The notes under the pieces are model-generated. The model did no database searches and was not told the origin of the DNA. It was given only the letters and a program-made list of their open reading frames with translations. Source: Amoebidium appalachense (lineage: Eukaryota; Protista; Ichthyosporea). From it: a DNA stretch of 64,000 nt. Of the stretch, positions 12,897-57,229 are shown in pieces; within the stretch, counting starts at the first letter, position 1, and every line of letters begins with the position of its first letter. Location of the stretch: NCBI GenBank assembly GCA_963693365.1, contig CAVNZM010000004.1:12118468-12182467 (forward strand). The letters are read 5' to 3'. A program made the translations under genes and the position numbers.

Positions 12897-13414
12897 AAAT
12901 GAAAAAAAGCAGAAATACAAAAAATATCCAGGCAAGAGACATTAGAACAGTCTATAACCCCCCCCTCCCCCCCCCCCCCCCCCCTCCCCCTCCCCCTCCC
13001 CCCCTTTCTCCCCCCTTCCCGAAAACAAAAAAGAAAAACAAGAAATAAAAAAAAAGAAGCAGAGATACAAAAAAATGCAGGTGAGAGACATTAGAACAGA
13101 GTCTGTCAGCAGGGGAGCTCTACGGTTCAAAGAAAATGTGTTCGACTGTTTTTCATCCAGCTCTGGGGGGGAAAGAGGATGCTGGGGGGGGGGGGGGGAA
13201 AGGGGAATAGATACTAATTAGATTTTTGTTTGCAAAAAGTGAGAGTAGATGAGGCTTGGGCAAACATCCACACATTTCCCCTTTCCTCACAGAATTTCAA
13301 ATCTTATCGGACCAGTGGAACTCCATAAAGTGAAGATATCACTGGAAACAAGCTGCTATGGGGTGGTGGCAGTTGATGTAGTATTTTTTTCTCTCTCTCC
13401 CCCTTTTTTTTTTT

Positions 13415-13445
<31 letters not shown>

Positions 13446-14199
13446 GGGAGGGGGGGGGAGGGGGGGGGAATACCTGCTGAAAGACCAGCGGCACCCTCTC
13501 CACCAAAAACAGAGCCATCTTGTCTCTGTTGAGTGCCTTCATGCGATAGATCAACATGGCTGCTACCAGGGTCTTCCCTGCACCCGTCTCAGCAACTAGC
13601 ACAATGTCCTGAAGAAGCGCCTCGAGGTACGCCTTGATTTGGTAATCCCGTGGCGTTTTTACGACACATCCCTCCCAGGAAAACTCCTCTGGAACAGAAG
13701 GGCTTGCAAACCGAATGGGGGTGGTTGGTTTCGATGCCACCTGTGCGGCCAAACGGGATTTCCACCCGCCTTCAGACCCATCATCGGGCACCCCATCATC
13801 ATTCACGATGATATGATAATTCGTCTCACCCCGTTGTTGGACGTTTGAAAAACGAGGGTATGCCTCCCACCATTTTTCCTTGGGGCCAAGTTGGATCCCA
13901 TCGATGCACACCTTGTCAGAGCCAAAACTGATAACGTGTGTGCTTGAAGGCCCTGCTGCTAGCTCTTTACCCAGCGAAGATTTGCAATGATGACACGCCA
14001 CGTCGCTCTTTATGAAATTCTTCTTGCTGTTGCCCCCTTTGGCCAGAGGTCTCAGTTCGACTTTTTCGGTTGCGAATGCTTTGTGCTCGGGCTTGATTGA
14101 TAAGTGGACGTCCTTGCTACCCTTTACAAAGAAAAATATTTCGTCTGTCGCGAAAAGCTTGCGGTGGCAGGCCAAGCAGGCAAGCCCACTGGTTGCCAT
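204..14199 (-). CDS. Multidomain RNA-silencing protein: RLR-CTD-like Zn domain + RIG-I/Dicer-type SF2 helicase + eukaryotic RNA-dependent RNA polymerase + Cid1/TUTase-like nucleotidyltransferase (3'-partial, >=2244 aa)
   Basis: Exons read by hand, all GT-AG: 14199-13474, 11938-11731, 9864-9514, 8482-8043, 6984-6683, 5923-5438, 4421-204. Another GT donor follows at 203, so the gene continues outside the window. Phases match at every junction provided one base is restored in the C-run at 9564-9569. In-frame stops lie upstream of the ATG at 14199. Diagnostic motifs of all four domains are present in order. Confidence 0.9.
1185..3605 (-). other. Eukaryotic RdRP catalytic domain (QDE-1/Rdp1/RDR alpha-type)
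   Basis: Minus frame of exon 4421-204: [70 protein letters not shown] (DLDGD at 2199-2213), [40 protein letters not shown]. Confidence 0.96.
6683..13660 (-). other. RIG-I/Dicer/FANCM-family DExD/H helicase domain (exons 1-5)
   Basis: Q motif PRDYQ; motif I AETGAGKT; Ia [10 protein letters not shown]; [12 protein letters not shown]; III LGLTASP; [11 protein letters not shown]; [22 protein letters not shown]; [10 protein letters not shown]. Confidence 0.95.
10247..10563. repeat. 53-bp minisatellite, 6 copies, in intron 2 of the helicase-RdRP gene
   Basis: Unit AATAGACACAACACCCGATAT(T/C)TCTTGAACTAACTGATAACCTATCCACCTGT starts at 10247, 10300, 10353, 10406, 10459 and 10512, head to tail with no spacers. 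Confidence 0.95.
13905..14190 (-). other. N-terminal zinc-binding domain resembling the RIG-I-like receptor C-terminal regulatory domain (RLR-CTD / Yippee-Mis18 fold)
   Basis: [18 protein letters not shown]...DVHLSI...AF...[13 protein letters not shown]: two CxxC pairs about 55 aa apart, with a central His and a CxxCxxxhG end, as in RLR CTDs. Confidence 0.65.
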
Positions 14200-15606
14200 A
14201 GTGAAATCACCACCCAAAGCTCTGGTGGCAATGGGGCTCCTGGATGTGCAATGTTGGAAATGATACCATCGTCAGCGGAACAGTGGTCAATTGAAGATCT
14301 GTAGAAAAATTTGATGATTAGTATTATATTAGACCATGTGTGTAATCGATTTATGAAGAAATAGAGAGAGCTCTGACAGCCTCAAACAGCAACCAAGGGT
14401 GACCATGAGCAACATGGCATGCATGCACATGTTCGGAAAGTGGGTGGCTATGATAGATCTACGGTATCATCGGTGAGATAAGTACCAAATTCCTTACCTT
14501 TTAGCCACAGCGCAGTATCTTTGCCTAAAAACTAGAACTTCCTGACACATCTGTGGAATTCAGAGAAACATTCGCAACCCATCACAAGGCAAGATGGAGG
14601 GAACACGGCCCTCTCAGAACACCGGCAGGACCCTTCCTGTATAGCACAGGCTGCCTGTGGCAGCGGCAAGTTTCGGCAACACGAAATGAATGCTGATTGG
14701 TGGAATCCACATGTCATTGGAAGACGGCGAGCGAATTCGAAGGTGCATGTAATTTATCTCAGAAGTTAACTTTTTTTTTTTTTTGCCTGAATACAGACAA
14801 CCCACATGAATCCAAAAAAAAAAAAAGGAATCAAAATGAGAAGCTATATTGTGTATGCCATACATCGGTAACATCAAAACGGTTTGATCTTTCAACATCA
14901 ATTACATAAGCAACAACTGGAGCAATTATTGACAAAGCAAATCTATTGATGAAAAGTCACGCAAACGGGACAGTCATAACATTTTTGGCAACAATGTACG
15001 ACCTGACACGAAAACGAAAACATGGCCAGTCGACGTCATGTGACAGACAGCGTGGCAGTCCACATGTATACACATACAGTGTGTGTTTGTCTTGTGCTAC
15101 TCTAAAAGGAGGCCTTGCATTGCAGGTGGGAAAGCGGTGCTTACAGTCGCCCGAGTATGTACAATAGCGTATGCACATCACGTGTGTGGCATGCGCACAT
15201 GCATCCCGTTCATGATCGACTCCAGGGGGATGATTTATCTTTCTCTCTCTCTCAGTTTTTTAAAAAGGGGATGGGGGAGTAGGGGCGAGGGGGGAAGGAA
15301 GAGAGGGAGGGAGGGAGGGACGGACGGAGGGAGGGAGGGACGGAGGGAGGGACGGAGGGAGGGAGCGAGCGAGGGAGGGAGGGAGGGTAGGAAGGGAGGG
15401 AGGGAGGGAGAGAGGGAGAGAGGGAGGGAGGGACGGAGGGACGGAGGGACGGAGGGAGGGGGAGAGAGAGGGAGAGAGAGGGGGGACCTCGGAGAGAGCC
15501 TTGATGGGGGGATCCGGAGGTGGTGGGCCCGGATGGGGGGGCGTTTGTGTATGTATGTGTGTGTGGGAGGGGGGTGTTGGGGGGGGTGGAGTGGGGGGTG
15601 GGTGGG

Positions 15607-15711
<105 letters not shown>

Positions 15712-16135
15712 ACACGGTGGGGGGGGGGGGGGGGGGAGGGGGGCTTCGAAGTTCGGAGGAATATTATTATCTCATACTGAAAATAGTTTCAGGGGGAGTG
15801 GTCAGGGAGCCTCGACTCCGGTTTAACGAGAGTCACGCACGGTGTTGAAGACAATCGATACTAAGCAACACCCGCCGTCCGGGAAAAAAAAAAGAAAAGA
15901 AAAAAAAAGCACCTAACCCTTTGGATCTCGATCCCCCCCCCCCCCCCCCCCCCCCCCCCCCTTCTCCCTAGGGGCCCGGGTCTCTGTGCCCTCTTCCACC
16001 CCCCTCCCCCCCCTCCCCCCCCCCCCCTTCCCACCCTTCCCCCCCCCCTTCCTCCTTCTTCCCCCCCCCCCCCTCCCCCCCCCCCCCCCGCCCCCCCCGT
16101 CCCCTTCCCATCCCTTCCGCCCGCCCTTATTTTTT

Positions 16136-16172
<37 letters not shown>

Positions 16173-16289
16173 CGCGAGGGATCTGTGGCCACCAAGCTAG
16201 CGCTGGGTGCGAGACTCACGAAACGGCAATATGGTAACCAGTCAATAGTGATGCTGTTTAGCCATATAGAGTAATAATTTCAATATGTC

Positions 16290-16380
16290 TATTGGGTTTA
16301 GTTCACCAATCATAGTTGCAGCCGTCCTTCAATGTTGCATTCCATTCAGTGGCTCACAGCTGAGCCCACGTGACGTCATC
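16290..16380. promoter_or_regulatory. Candidate promoter elements between the divergent helicase-RdRP and zinc-finger genes
   Basis: CCAATC at 16306 and overlapping E-box/CRE CACGTGACGTCA at 16367-16378, in repeat-free DNA about 460 bp upstream of the ZnF ATG. These motifs are also common elsewhere in the window. Confidence 0.35.
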
Positions 16381-16839
16381 AACCCAAGGCTGCGGATAAA
16401 AACTTTGTGCCCAAAACTTTGGCAAGAAAACTGACCGAGTTGACTCAAAAACGCATGTGAATGAGAACGTGAATTTTTGTAGAACCACTCTGCCGGAGCT
16501 AAGGGGCACTTGCATAGGAGGAAAAACGAAAAGGATATACGACTGTGCATTATTACAGCTATTGCTAACGAAACCTAGTGCAAAGCCAAGTTAGCCGAGG
16601 GGTCTTTTATGAGCCTTTTGTCTTCTGTTTGCTGCATGCTTAGACGGTTTCAAGGTGTAACATAGTGTTTTTAGCTCTCAATCAGTTGATCCTGATATAT
16701 AATTGTGATAATGAACGATACTTGCACTAATGTAACACCATCCATAACTAGCACACATACACACACCACAATGTAATTAGCACACATACACACACCACAA
16801 TGCGCGGCGAATCATTTTTCAACCCGCACCCAAGCAAAC

Positions 16840-17711
16840 ATGGCCGATCCCCAGCAAGGGGACCCCAGTTTCCCCTTCCGCCCCTCATTTCCCCTCCCTC
16901 AACTCAACCAGCCCGCATCTATGTCCAGTATACATTCACAGCTTCCCGCACAAGCAACTGCAGCGACTTTCCCTCACCCCACACAACCTTTCTTTCAGCC
17001 ACAATACCCATTTCCTTGGGTGCAACAACCCTTGCTTTTTGGTGCACAGCTATTAGCTGCTACACGCCTGGACAGACACAACGAGCACTTCACAATCACA
17101 CAAGACGCGGCGCAAAATGCCTTCCCTTTCTCACAACAGAACGGGTTTGCACCCTTTGGGTTGGGGTTCACTGCACCTCCATTTCTTCCGTCGACTGATT
17201 CCGCACACCTTGGCACAGGTAGGGTTTGTTGCTGTTGTTTCGAGGGCTGCACAGCCACTGTATCCCCTTCGCTTTATATCTTGCTGCTCTTCCCCCTCCA
17301 GCCCCCCCCCCACCTCTCCTTTCTTCTCTTGGGCAGCAAGGTGTCATGAGCTTTCGAACACTCACTGGTATCATTCGCGAAAGAAGGAAAATGCTTCAGA
17401 GATATGTGAAAGGGTGGGGTGCAAAACCTAGTGTGCGTGTGTGCACGCTCGTAGTGTGGGGCAACCTCCAGTGTGGCTAGGAAAGAAGACGGTTACGGGC
17501 ACTCGGGGGGGGAGGGGGGGGGGGGGGGGGGGGGGCTATGCTCACTTGCTCATCGTGTACACTTGAAAGTCAAATGTTTGGGAGGAACATGTGAAGGGGA
17601 CCTGAAAAGAAAACTATTAGCATGCAATAAAAGGGTGAAAGGGACGGCAATTGCTTCATTTTCATTTTCAGGGCAATACACCGATGAACATTCCATCCTA
17701 CTCATCCCCCC

Positions 17712-17742
<31 letters not shown>

Positions 17743-18065
17743 ACACACGCACACACACCCCCTCCCCCCCCCCCCCCCCCCCTCCTTCCCTTGACCCCCT
17801 TCAGGTTTCCTATGCTGAGGCAGCAATAAGAGTGAGGTGGGGAAAGGAGAGGAGGGGGTGGGGAGGGGGGATGAAATTTACGGTGCGGTTAGATGGCCCC
17901 ACTGCCTGACCTATTCATGCCCTTTCCCTCCCTCTTTATTGATGCACGTGCACCAGCCTTTATACTGAGCAAAAGTATCCGTATCTGTGCGCACCCCCCC
18001 CCCTCCCCTTCCCCCCTACACACCCACACACCCACCCACCCACCACCACCACAAACACCCCCCCC

Positions 18066-18096
<31 letters not shown>

Positions 18097-20714
18097 ACAC
18101 ACACACATTTTACTTTCTCTTTCTTTCTGTGTTTTCTCCTTCTTACCTTCTTAACATTCTGTTGTGCATCTGTGTGAAAGGGAATGGGGCAAAGGACATA
18201 TGTGTGAAACGAAGTGGGGTGGCAGGGTGTCTTTTTTTCTTTTTCTTTCTTTCTTTTTTTTTTTTTTGGAGGGGGGGGGGGGGGGAGGAGGGAAAAGGGG
18301 GGGGGGGGGGGAGGGGGGAGGGGGTGGTAGCGGTGTTTTCAGAGGAATGTGGAATGGGGCTTGCATACAATGAAGCTAAAACCAACCCCTTCACAGGGAC
18401 AGCCACAAGCTCAACAGCAGTACAGCCCATGAACCACCCCCTACCCACCACCACCATTACACCCACCCAGCAACCCAACATTCCACTACAGCCAGTCCCA
18501 AGTATGCCTAGCGGCCTAATTGCACCAGAAACAAGCACACCTTCTCTGGTTCAGTTGCAACGGGGTGTAAAACACAAGTGCACCTTCCCACCGTGTGAAT
18601 TGACGTTTGACCGCCCGGCAGAGCTGGCACGCCACTTGCGGACTCACACGGGGGAGAAACCGTACGCGTGTTCTGAATGCAACGCCTCATTCAGGCAAAA
18701 AGCACACCTGAAAGAACATCAGAAAGCACACACCGGGGAGAAGACACACACGTGCACACACGAGGGGTGCGGGGCCAAGTTTCTCAACGCAAGCAGCCTG
18801 AAGAAGCACGAGCGAACACACACGGGCGAGAGACCGTATGTGTGCACGTACACAGGGTGCGATGCGGCCTTTTCTGTTTCGTCTGCGCTTGCGCGACATA
18901 CCCGCATGCACACGGGAGAGCGGGTGCATAGGTGTACGGTGGATGGGTGTGGTGTCATGTGTAAGGATTCAGAGGCCTTGCAGCGTCATTTGAAAAATCA
19001 CGTTCCGGCGTCTCGGTTGTACACGTGCCCGGAAACCGGGTGTGGGCAGATGTTTTCCACTGCGACGGATATGATGGTGCATAGACGGGCACACAGTCGG
19101 AGAGCGGATTTTGTGTGCACCGTGTGTGGGGAGGTGTTACCCGAAGGAACGGATCTGACCGAACACGTCTCCCAACACCAACAGTACACGCAAGCGGACG
19201 AACGACAAAACGGCGGTGGCGCCACAAACATGTTTCCGCCCATCCCTCGTGTGACAATTAACCCCACCACCAAGACCGTTTCTACTAATGCAACCATAGT
19301 AGATCCGATGTCTTCAGTTGCACTACCGCTATGCAACAATAACAACAATAGTGTTGCAGCCGTGGCTTCGGTTGCTTCATTGGTGGCTACAATCAGTCAG
19401 GCGTCTCTAACCGGGCCAATCATAAACCACACGGGATTAATTGCCTTTCCAGATGGTTCTATGTTCCCGCGCATGCCAAGCGTCGAATCAAACAGCACGG
19501 TTTCTAGCCAACACAACCAAACCGCGATTTTCCCACGGGCTTTCAGCGGCCAATCAAATGGGACGCTTGATTCCCAGCCGAACTCGGACCTTACGGCACC
19601 ATATGGCAACCTGTCGCTTGACGGCGACGATTTGGTTTTTGACACCACGGATGAGTTTGGGCTGCCAGGGCACCTTTCCGCCCTTTTCTCGATCCTTCCA
19701 TCCGGCTGCTTGGAACCTGCACTCGAACCGACGGTACGTGACGTGGTCGAAAACATCGGGGGAAACGAAGAAAACGAGGTTAACAATCAAAACGGCCGAA
19801 AACGGGTGCGTAAGAGCCAAGCAAAAAAACCGGCGGGGGAGAAGCCGAAAACGAAAAAGCACCGGCGAGTGGTGGGTGTCGGTGAAGGCAACGGTTTTCG
19901 CTGTGCAATGTGCGGACTTATTTTTTCGATCCCAGAGCACCTTTCCAGCCACTTACGCACGTTTCACGGGGACCTTCTCCCGTACGCGTGCCCCCATTTG
20001 GGGTGTGGCATGCGGTTTGAGCTGTCGGAAGACTATGCCAGTCACGCCATGTCCCATGCAGGTGAAACCCCGTACAAGTGCCGCCATGCAGGATGTACCG
20101 AGAGATATGAAGACTTGGAGCCCCTATTGACTCACCTGACCACCCAGCACGATGTGGAACAACGTGATCGGTTCTGGTGCCCTCTGGAAGAATGCGGAAA
20201 GAAATTCGACTCGGCGGCACACCTTAAACGTCACATATCGCACCACACGGGGGAGAGGAATTACTCGTGTGAGGTCCCCGGGTGTTTGGCGAGTTTTACC
20301 CTACCCCACCATTTGAAGGCACACATGCTCACACACACGCGCGAGAAGCAACATGCGTGTACCATTCCTGGATGCGGTGCGTTTTTCGAGCGAGAAACAG
20401 CTTTGAGGAAACATATTACAAAGGCACACGCAGATAAAGTGCTCGGGGCGAAGAAATTTCCCTGCACCCACGAGGGGTGCGGGCGCGTGTTTGTGGACAA
20501 AGATGCGTTGAAAAAGCACACACGGACACACACGGGGGAGAAACCGTACGTGTGTCTGGTGGACGGGTGCGGTGCACAGTTTGCACAAAGCGGGAATCTG
20601 ACTGCACACATGAGGAGGCATACGGGGGATAAACCCTTTCAGTGCTTGCATCCGGGGTGTGAAAAGAGTTTCAGGCAGTCGGGCCAACTCCGGTCTCACA
20701 TGAAGCGCCATTAG
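16840..20714 (+). CDS. C2H2 zinc-finger transcription factor, 16 fingers in two clusters (7 + 9), about 898 aa
   Basis: Exon 1 16840-17218 (P/Q/F-rich, GT at 17219) joins in phase 1 to exon 2 18397-20714. Repeated CxxxxC...HxxxH fingers with HTGEKPY linkers. Confidence 0.9.
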
Positions 20715-21107
20715 TATGTAGGGCCTTTATGGTGGCTATTTGTGTATCTTAAGGGCTATTTTGAGGTGGTTGATGGCAGATTTGGGTTTCCTTAGTTGAA
20801 GTCAGCTATACACATACACGGACGGGCACAAGACACGTAAATGGGCATGGAAATATGGATGCACACACAAACACAATGACAATAACGCACACCGTTGCGA
20901 TCACTTCCACACACACATAGACAGATAGATACACACGAAGCCTATGCACACTGGCTGTCGTGGTCTAATACTAGTAACACTGGCTTTGTTATTCCGCGTC
21001 CTGCGTGAGATGCACACAGTGGTTGTAAAGCTTTTTTTCTTTTCTATTCTTTTCTTTTTTTTCTTTTTTCTTTTTTCTGTTCTTTTCTTTTTTATTTTTT
21101 TTGTGGT

Positions 21108-21150
<43 letters not shown>

Positions 21151-22017
21151 GGGGGATTGGGCAGTTTTCGTGACGAGAATAATTAGTGATTGCACAGATG
21201 AGCACATATCACGGTGTATGGATGTATGACGCAAGATGATATATAGAGTTGAATGTATAGTTGACATGTAAAGTTGTGAGAGTTAGTACGAATAGCTAGC
21301 GTTGCGCAAGTTTTAGCCGTAAGATGTAGAAATAATGTATAGTACGTAATGTAGGTATGTTTTGAACCAGCTAGCTTTATGTGCGTTGGTGCTCGTATAC
21401 GCGTAATTATCATGCAAGAAGCAAGATCCGAGGCAGAATTGTGCACTAATACTTTCCATAGCGGTTGCTGAAACTGCCATTTCCGCAAGCAAAATACCTT
21501 AGATCCATTGCCATTTACACAGGCATACGAAATGCATTCAGTGCTAATTGAATCTACACATGTACAAGCATGCGCATAAGAAACGAATTAAGCTACTTAA
21601 ATATACGGCACAATGATGCACATGCAGGACAAACAAGCATCGGTGGGTCGGTAGCGGCCGAAATCACGTGTGTAGCGGGCCTGTATGAGTTTTTATTTTC
21701 AACTTGTTAAGCATGACATTCATATTTGACATAGGCTACATACATGTAAGCTACACCTTGGCTACACTACCGGTGCCGCGTATTCCCAGGCTAAGTATGC
21801 CATAGTATGCACAATCTGTCTATGGTTAAAAAAAATTCTGGCGTAAGTCTCGGCAGGGCAGCTGAAACCGTCTATTTTCCACTAATGCACGGTATAGAAA
21901 GAGTTCGTTATCCTTCATCATTACGGGTAACTATTCCATACTACAACATGCACGCAATACATCACATGCACTGCAATCACAAGTATAAATTGCTCATTCA
22001 TTCATATATCCCCCCCA

Positions 22018-22048
<31 letters not shown>

Positions 22049-22329
22049 TTTCCGCTCTCCCCCTAAAAGAAAAGAAGGGAAAAGGCTTTGAGATAATAAT
22101 TATCCACACTTCTTCCATATTTCACCACCTATTAACTCTCATGGTGTCTACCACCTAACGACAATGCAGAACTTTCGCCACAAATGGTCAAAGACAGATA
22201 ATGTGATACTACAAATTGATTATCTACAAAATCGAAGGAGAGGGTTACACCATACGGTTCTCCAAGTTTGCGTCCCCTTCTCTCCCATCGAGCCCCTCCT
22301 GACCGTGTTGCCTAGAACAGCCAATCAAA

Positions 22330-46922
<24,593 letters not shown>

Positions 46923-47811
46923 GGTCTCTGCACAGTGCCCCAGCAGGCACTTCCTCTCCAGTGTTTACCTCAAGCGAAATATTCTTTGGTGAAAAGTGGT
47001 GTGATCCATACTTATATATCAGCCAAACACGCAGAAATCAACGCTAGGACCACATCACCACGAGTTAATGGCAGCGTTACGTTACAGGTTTCGTCAACAA
47101 AGGTCATCCCGTCTTTCTACATATACGCGATGTGGGTGCATGCAAGCATCTGCTTGGCATGGCAGTCTTGTTTTGTGGGCAGGCTTCGACTAAACCCACC
47201 AATGACAAAAGCAGACGCTTTAATCTTCTCACCGAATGAGTGTATGCAACCTTATAGCTCATATTCAGACCCGTTTTCCCCGTCAACACTCCCGCTAACT
47301 CGTGACACTGTAGGCCAGTGGGGTGGGCGCCTGCAGCTGCGGCTTGTGTCACTCCGGCGCCGTGCGCACAAACACTCAACGAAACAGTGAGCCACCAGCT
47401 CAATCCGCGGAAGCCAAATCCTGCCTAAAAAGGCTAAAGAGCAGTTTGGCATTTAGTGAGCCAATCATACGGCACCATTTTATCGCCGCTTCCAGGGTTT
47501 GAAACATATGTTCTCGCACACAGGCCTAGGGCTTTAGCTTCCCTTTAAGCAGGAAGAAGAGGAAGATACATTCGGACTTCCATTCTATCCTGGACTGCCC
47601 ACTTTGTATGTACAGACTTATCTTCGTCACACGACTACAAGCATAAATCAGTCCATGATGGTGATTGAAAGCAGCACACACTGTGCGTAACCTTTGAGCT
47701 AAGAGACACCAGTTACTGTACATACATGGACTGTCGGGCAGTCAATTGAATAATCCCGGCTCCCCGGCTCACAATCACCACGCACCTACCTGTATCCCGT
47801 TCACTCAATAT

Positions 47812-48505
47812 CTATGCAGCAAATCGTGCGAACACGAGTGCAAGGAACAGAACAAATACAGCCACAAGCCGAAACCAATATGCCCCCTGTCCCCCACCCC
47901 CCTGTGCCAACCCTCCCTCCGGTGCAACCTGTGCACCAGCGACACCCCCTCCCACCCTGTTAGTCTGGTTGTCCCCGTTTTGTGACTGTTGCTGTAGCCT
48001 CTGGTTATACAATGCATTCGCAGCGCTCTGTCTCACATTCTGCTCGGCCTCCAACTTCTCCCACAGTTCTGGAAACAACTTCACAAATTTGGGATTTGCC
48101 AGGTTGAACTGCACCGAGCTTCTGGCCAGCTCCCTTTTCTTGGCATCAGACGTCTCAATGCTGCCCGTCGTAGGTGTGTTCTCCAACATGAAGGACAGGA
48201 GGCCGATGAGGATGCTAGCCACACTAGATTTGACCCAACCGTGTTAGCTTATATGGTATTGTATGGTTTCGACAATCACTGAACACCAACAGCAAATAAC
48301 AACAAAACCAAGAGCCCCCCCCACCCTCCCCCCTCCCCCCCCCCCCCACACACACACACAAAAGAAAAAACTTCAGAATTTTCCCCTCACTTTCTCTTCT
48401 GACTGTTTGCAGAACGTCTATATAAGAAGTGGAAGGGCATGAAATCTTTCGGAAAGAACAGCTATGTAATCGCGATCTTGATTAGTCTACTCGACTTGCT
48501 CCACC

Positions 48506-48538
<33 letters not shown>

Positions 48539-49120
48539 TGCCCCCACACCTTCTCCCCTTCCCCCCTCCCCCCACTCTCCTTCCCTACAAGGGGAACCTC
48601 AACCGCCAGCTTGCAGGACTTCGGTAAACGCAGGACAAAGTTACAGCCACTTAAAAGGCGCACACGGGCAAAACACGGAAAGCACCAACACAACCCAGTG
48701 AGTGATCAGTGAAAATTATGGCACACTCATCCCAGACCAAGAAACTGCACCCCTTTCCAGAAAAATCCCCAGAAACCCAGATCCACCCCGACGTCCCGCA
48801 ATCTCCAACACCGCTGCCAAAAAAAAAAAAAAAAAAATACGAGAACACTAGTGAGAGTGATTGAAAAAGCACAAAAAAAACAGGCGCTCACGATCTTAGG
48901 TGATGTAGAGTGGTTGTTCCTTTCTTTGCATGTGTTTATAGGTGTGTTAGTTTGCATGTGTGTGTGCTTGTGCGAGTATGTGCGTGCATGTGTGTGGTTG
49001 CGTGTATGTGTGTGTATGCGTGCGTGCCTGCGCGTATTTGTGTGTGCAATTTTGTGTGTGGTGTGTGTGTGTGCGTGTGTGTGTCTGTGTCTGTGTGTGT
49101 CTGTAGCAGGGTGTGTGTGT

Positions 49121-49162
<42 letters not shown>

Positions 49163-49567
49163 GGGGGGGGGAGGGGGGAGGAGGGGGGGAGGGGGGGGGG
49201 GGGGGGGGGGGGCGTGCAAGTATTTATACACTAATATTCATGCAGTAACAACTCACCTCCAACCGGGGTGCCATTGCTCTGGGTGGAAGTCGCTAAGCGA
49301 CAAGCACAGGCGTGTGTTGCATTGAAACCTTCCTGAAGGAGTAATCATCACGATAGATGGTGGCTTGAAGGGATAGTCTTGTGGAAAGAGCAACTTGCCG
49401 TGGTAAAACCCTCCAGCATACACAGAGTCTTCTGGGCCAGTGATTACATAATGCCACTCAAGAATGTTATTGGGAAGGGGCACAGCGCGGATGTATGGTG
49501 GCGGGTCACGGTTTATCTTGATGTATTCTTTCTGGAGACGTTGGTGGGAGGCTTTTGGTGCTGACAT
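47812..49567 (-). CDS. UBE2J2: ER-anchored ubiquitin-conjugating enzyme E2 (Ubc6/UBE2J2 family)
   Basis: Exons 49567-49257 and 48223-47812. Motifs RLQKEY, NILEWHYVITGP, YPFKPPSI, NTRLCLSLSDFHPEQWHPGWS|VASILIGLLSFM; C-terminal TM tail LVAVFVLFLALVFARF. Confidence 0.96.
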
Positions 49568-50164
49568 GTTGTCGGTTTGAAGCAGGCCTACTATACAGCT
49601 CCTACAGCAGGCCCAAACTCGTATCTCGCGCAGAACGCTGAACTGGCGCTTTTTTCAGAAACCTCCGCTAACTATGTGAAGACAGCTGATCGATACAACG
49701 AGAAGGCACTAAGTAGAACGAGAAGGCACCAAGTCAACTATGAGCCTGAGCATGGGTTGGAGTTTTCCCGAAAGAAGAAGAGCGGCCTCCACAGCTGTTT
49801 CAACTCACCCTCCCTCGTTACCCTCAACTATTGTGCCAGTTTGGTTCAGTGAGCTGGAGTTCGATTTACAGTCTCGGAGGAAGAAGTGAAAAAAAAATGA
49901 ACACCACACTTCGTGAAGACGGCGTTCTTGATCTGATCAAGGCCTTTACAAAAACAGAAATTTATCGAAGTTACATTGATATTTGTGCAACTTTCAGCTA
50001 TATTCCATCAATTACATGCCAAACGTGTCTGATTCATGTCGCATCATGCCAATTGTTTTCTGAGATCATGCAGTGACCCCTTGGTAACCTCCCCTTGTTG
50101 CCCAAAAGGCAGTCGACATCGTGCACCAGTTGCAGAACTCATTGATGGTGGTTGGGCACAAACT

Positions 50165-56925
<6,761 letters not shown>

Positions 56926-57171
56926 TCAGTGTGAACCCGCGAATGAAGGCGCTGTAAACGAGAGGACCCTGCTCCACGAGCATTTTGTGTTTGTAATTTC
57001 ACATAAATATTTGAGCCATTGAAGTTGGCGCTTGGGCATGTGGCCCACATGCATTGTATAGTTTTGAAGGCTCACAAGCAAGTTGCCCTGGTATCGCCTA
57101 TTCCCTCTTCCCCAACCTCCCGCCCCCCCCCCTCCCACCACCACCACCACCACCACCACCCGCGGGGCGTG

Positions 57172-57229
<58 letters not shown>

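Noticed and set aside
6683-14199. Calling the helicase a Dicer or FANCM
   Set aside because: No PAZ, RNase III or ERCC4 domain follows; the helicase splices in phase to an RdRP.
18129-18396. N-terminus of the 861-aa ORF
   Set aside because: It is intronic poly-T/poly-G sequence; the acceptor is at 18395-18396 and the real start is probably 16840.
49577-49852. 91-aa ORF between UBE2J2 and APT
   Set aside because: Non-ATG start, no recognisable motif, and it lies in the presumed bidirectional promoter/UTR.
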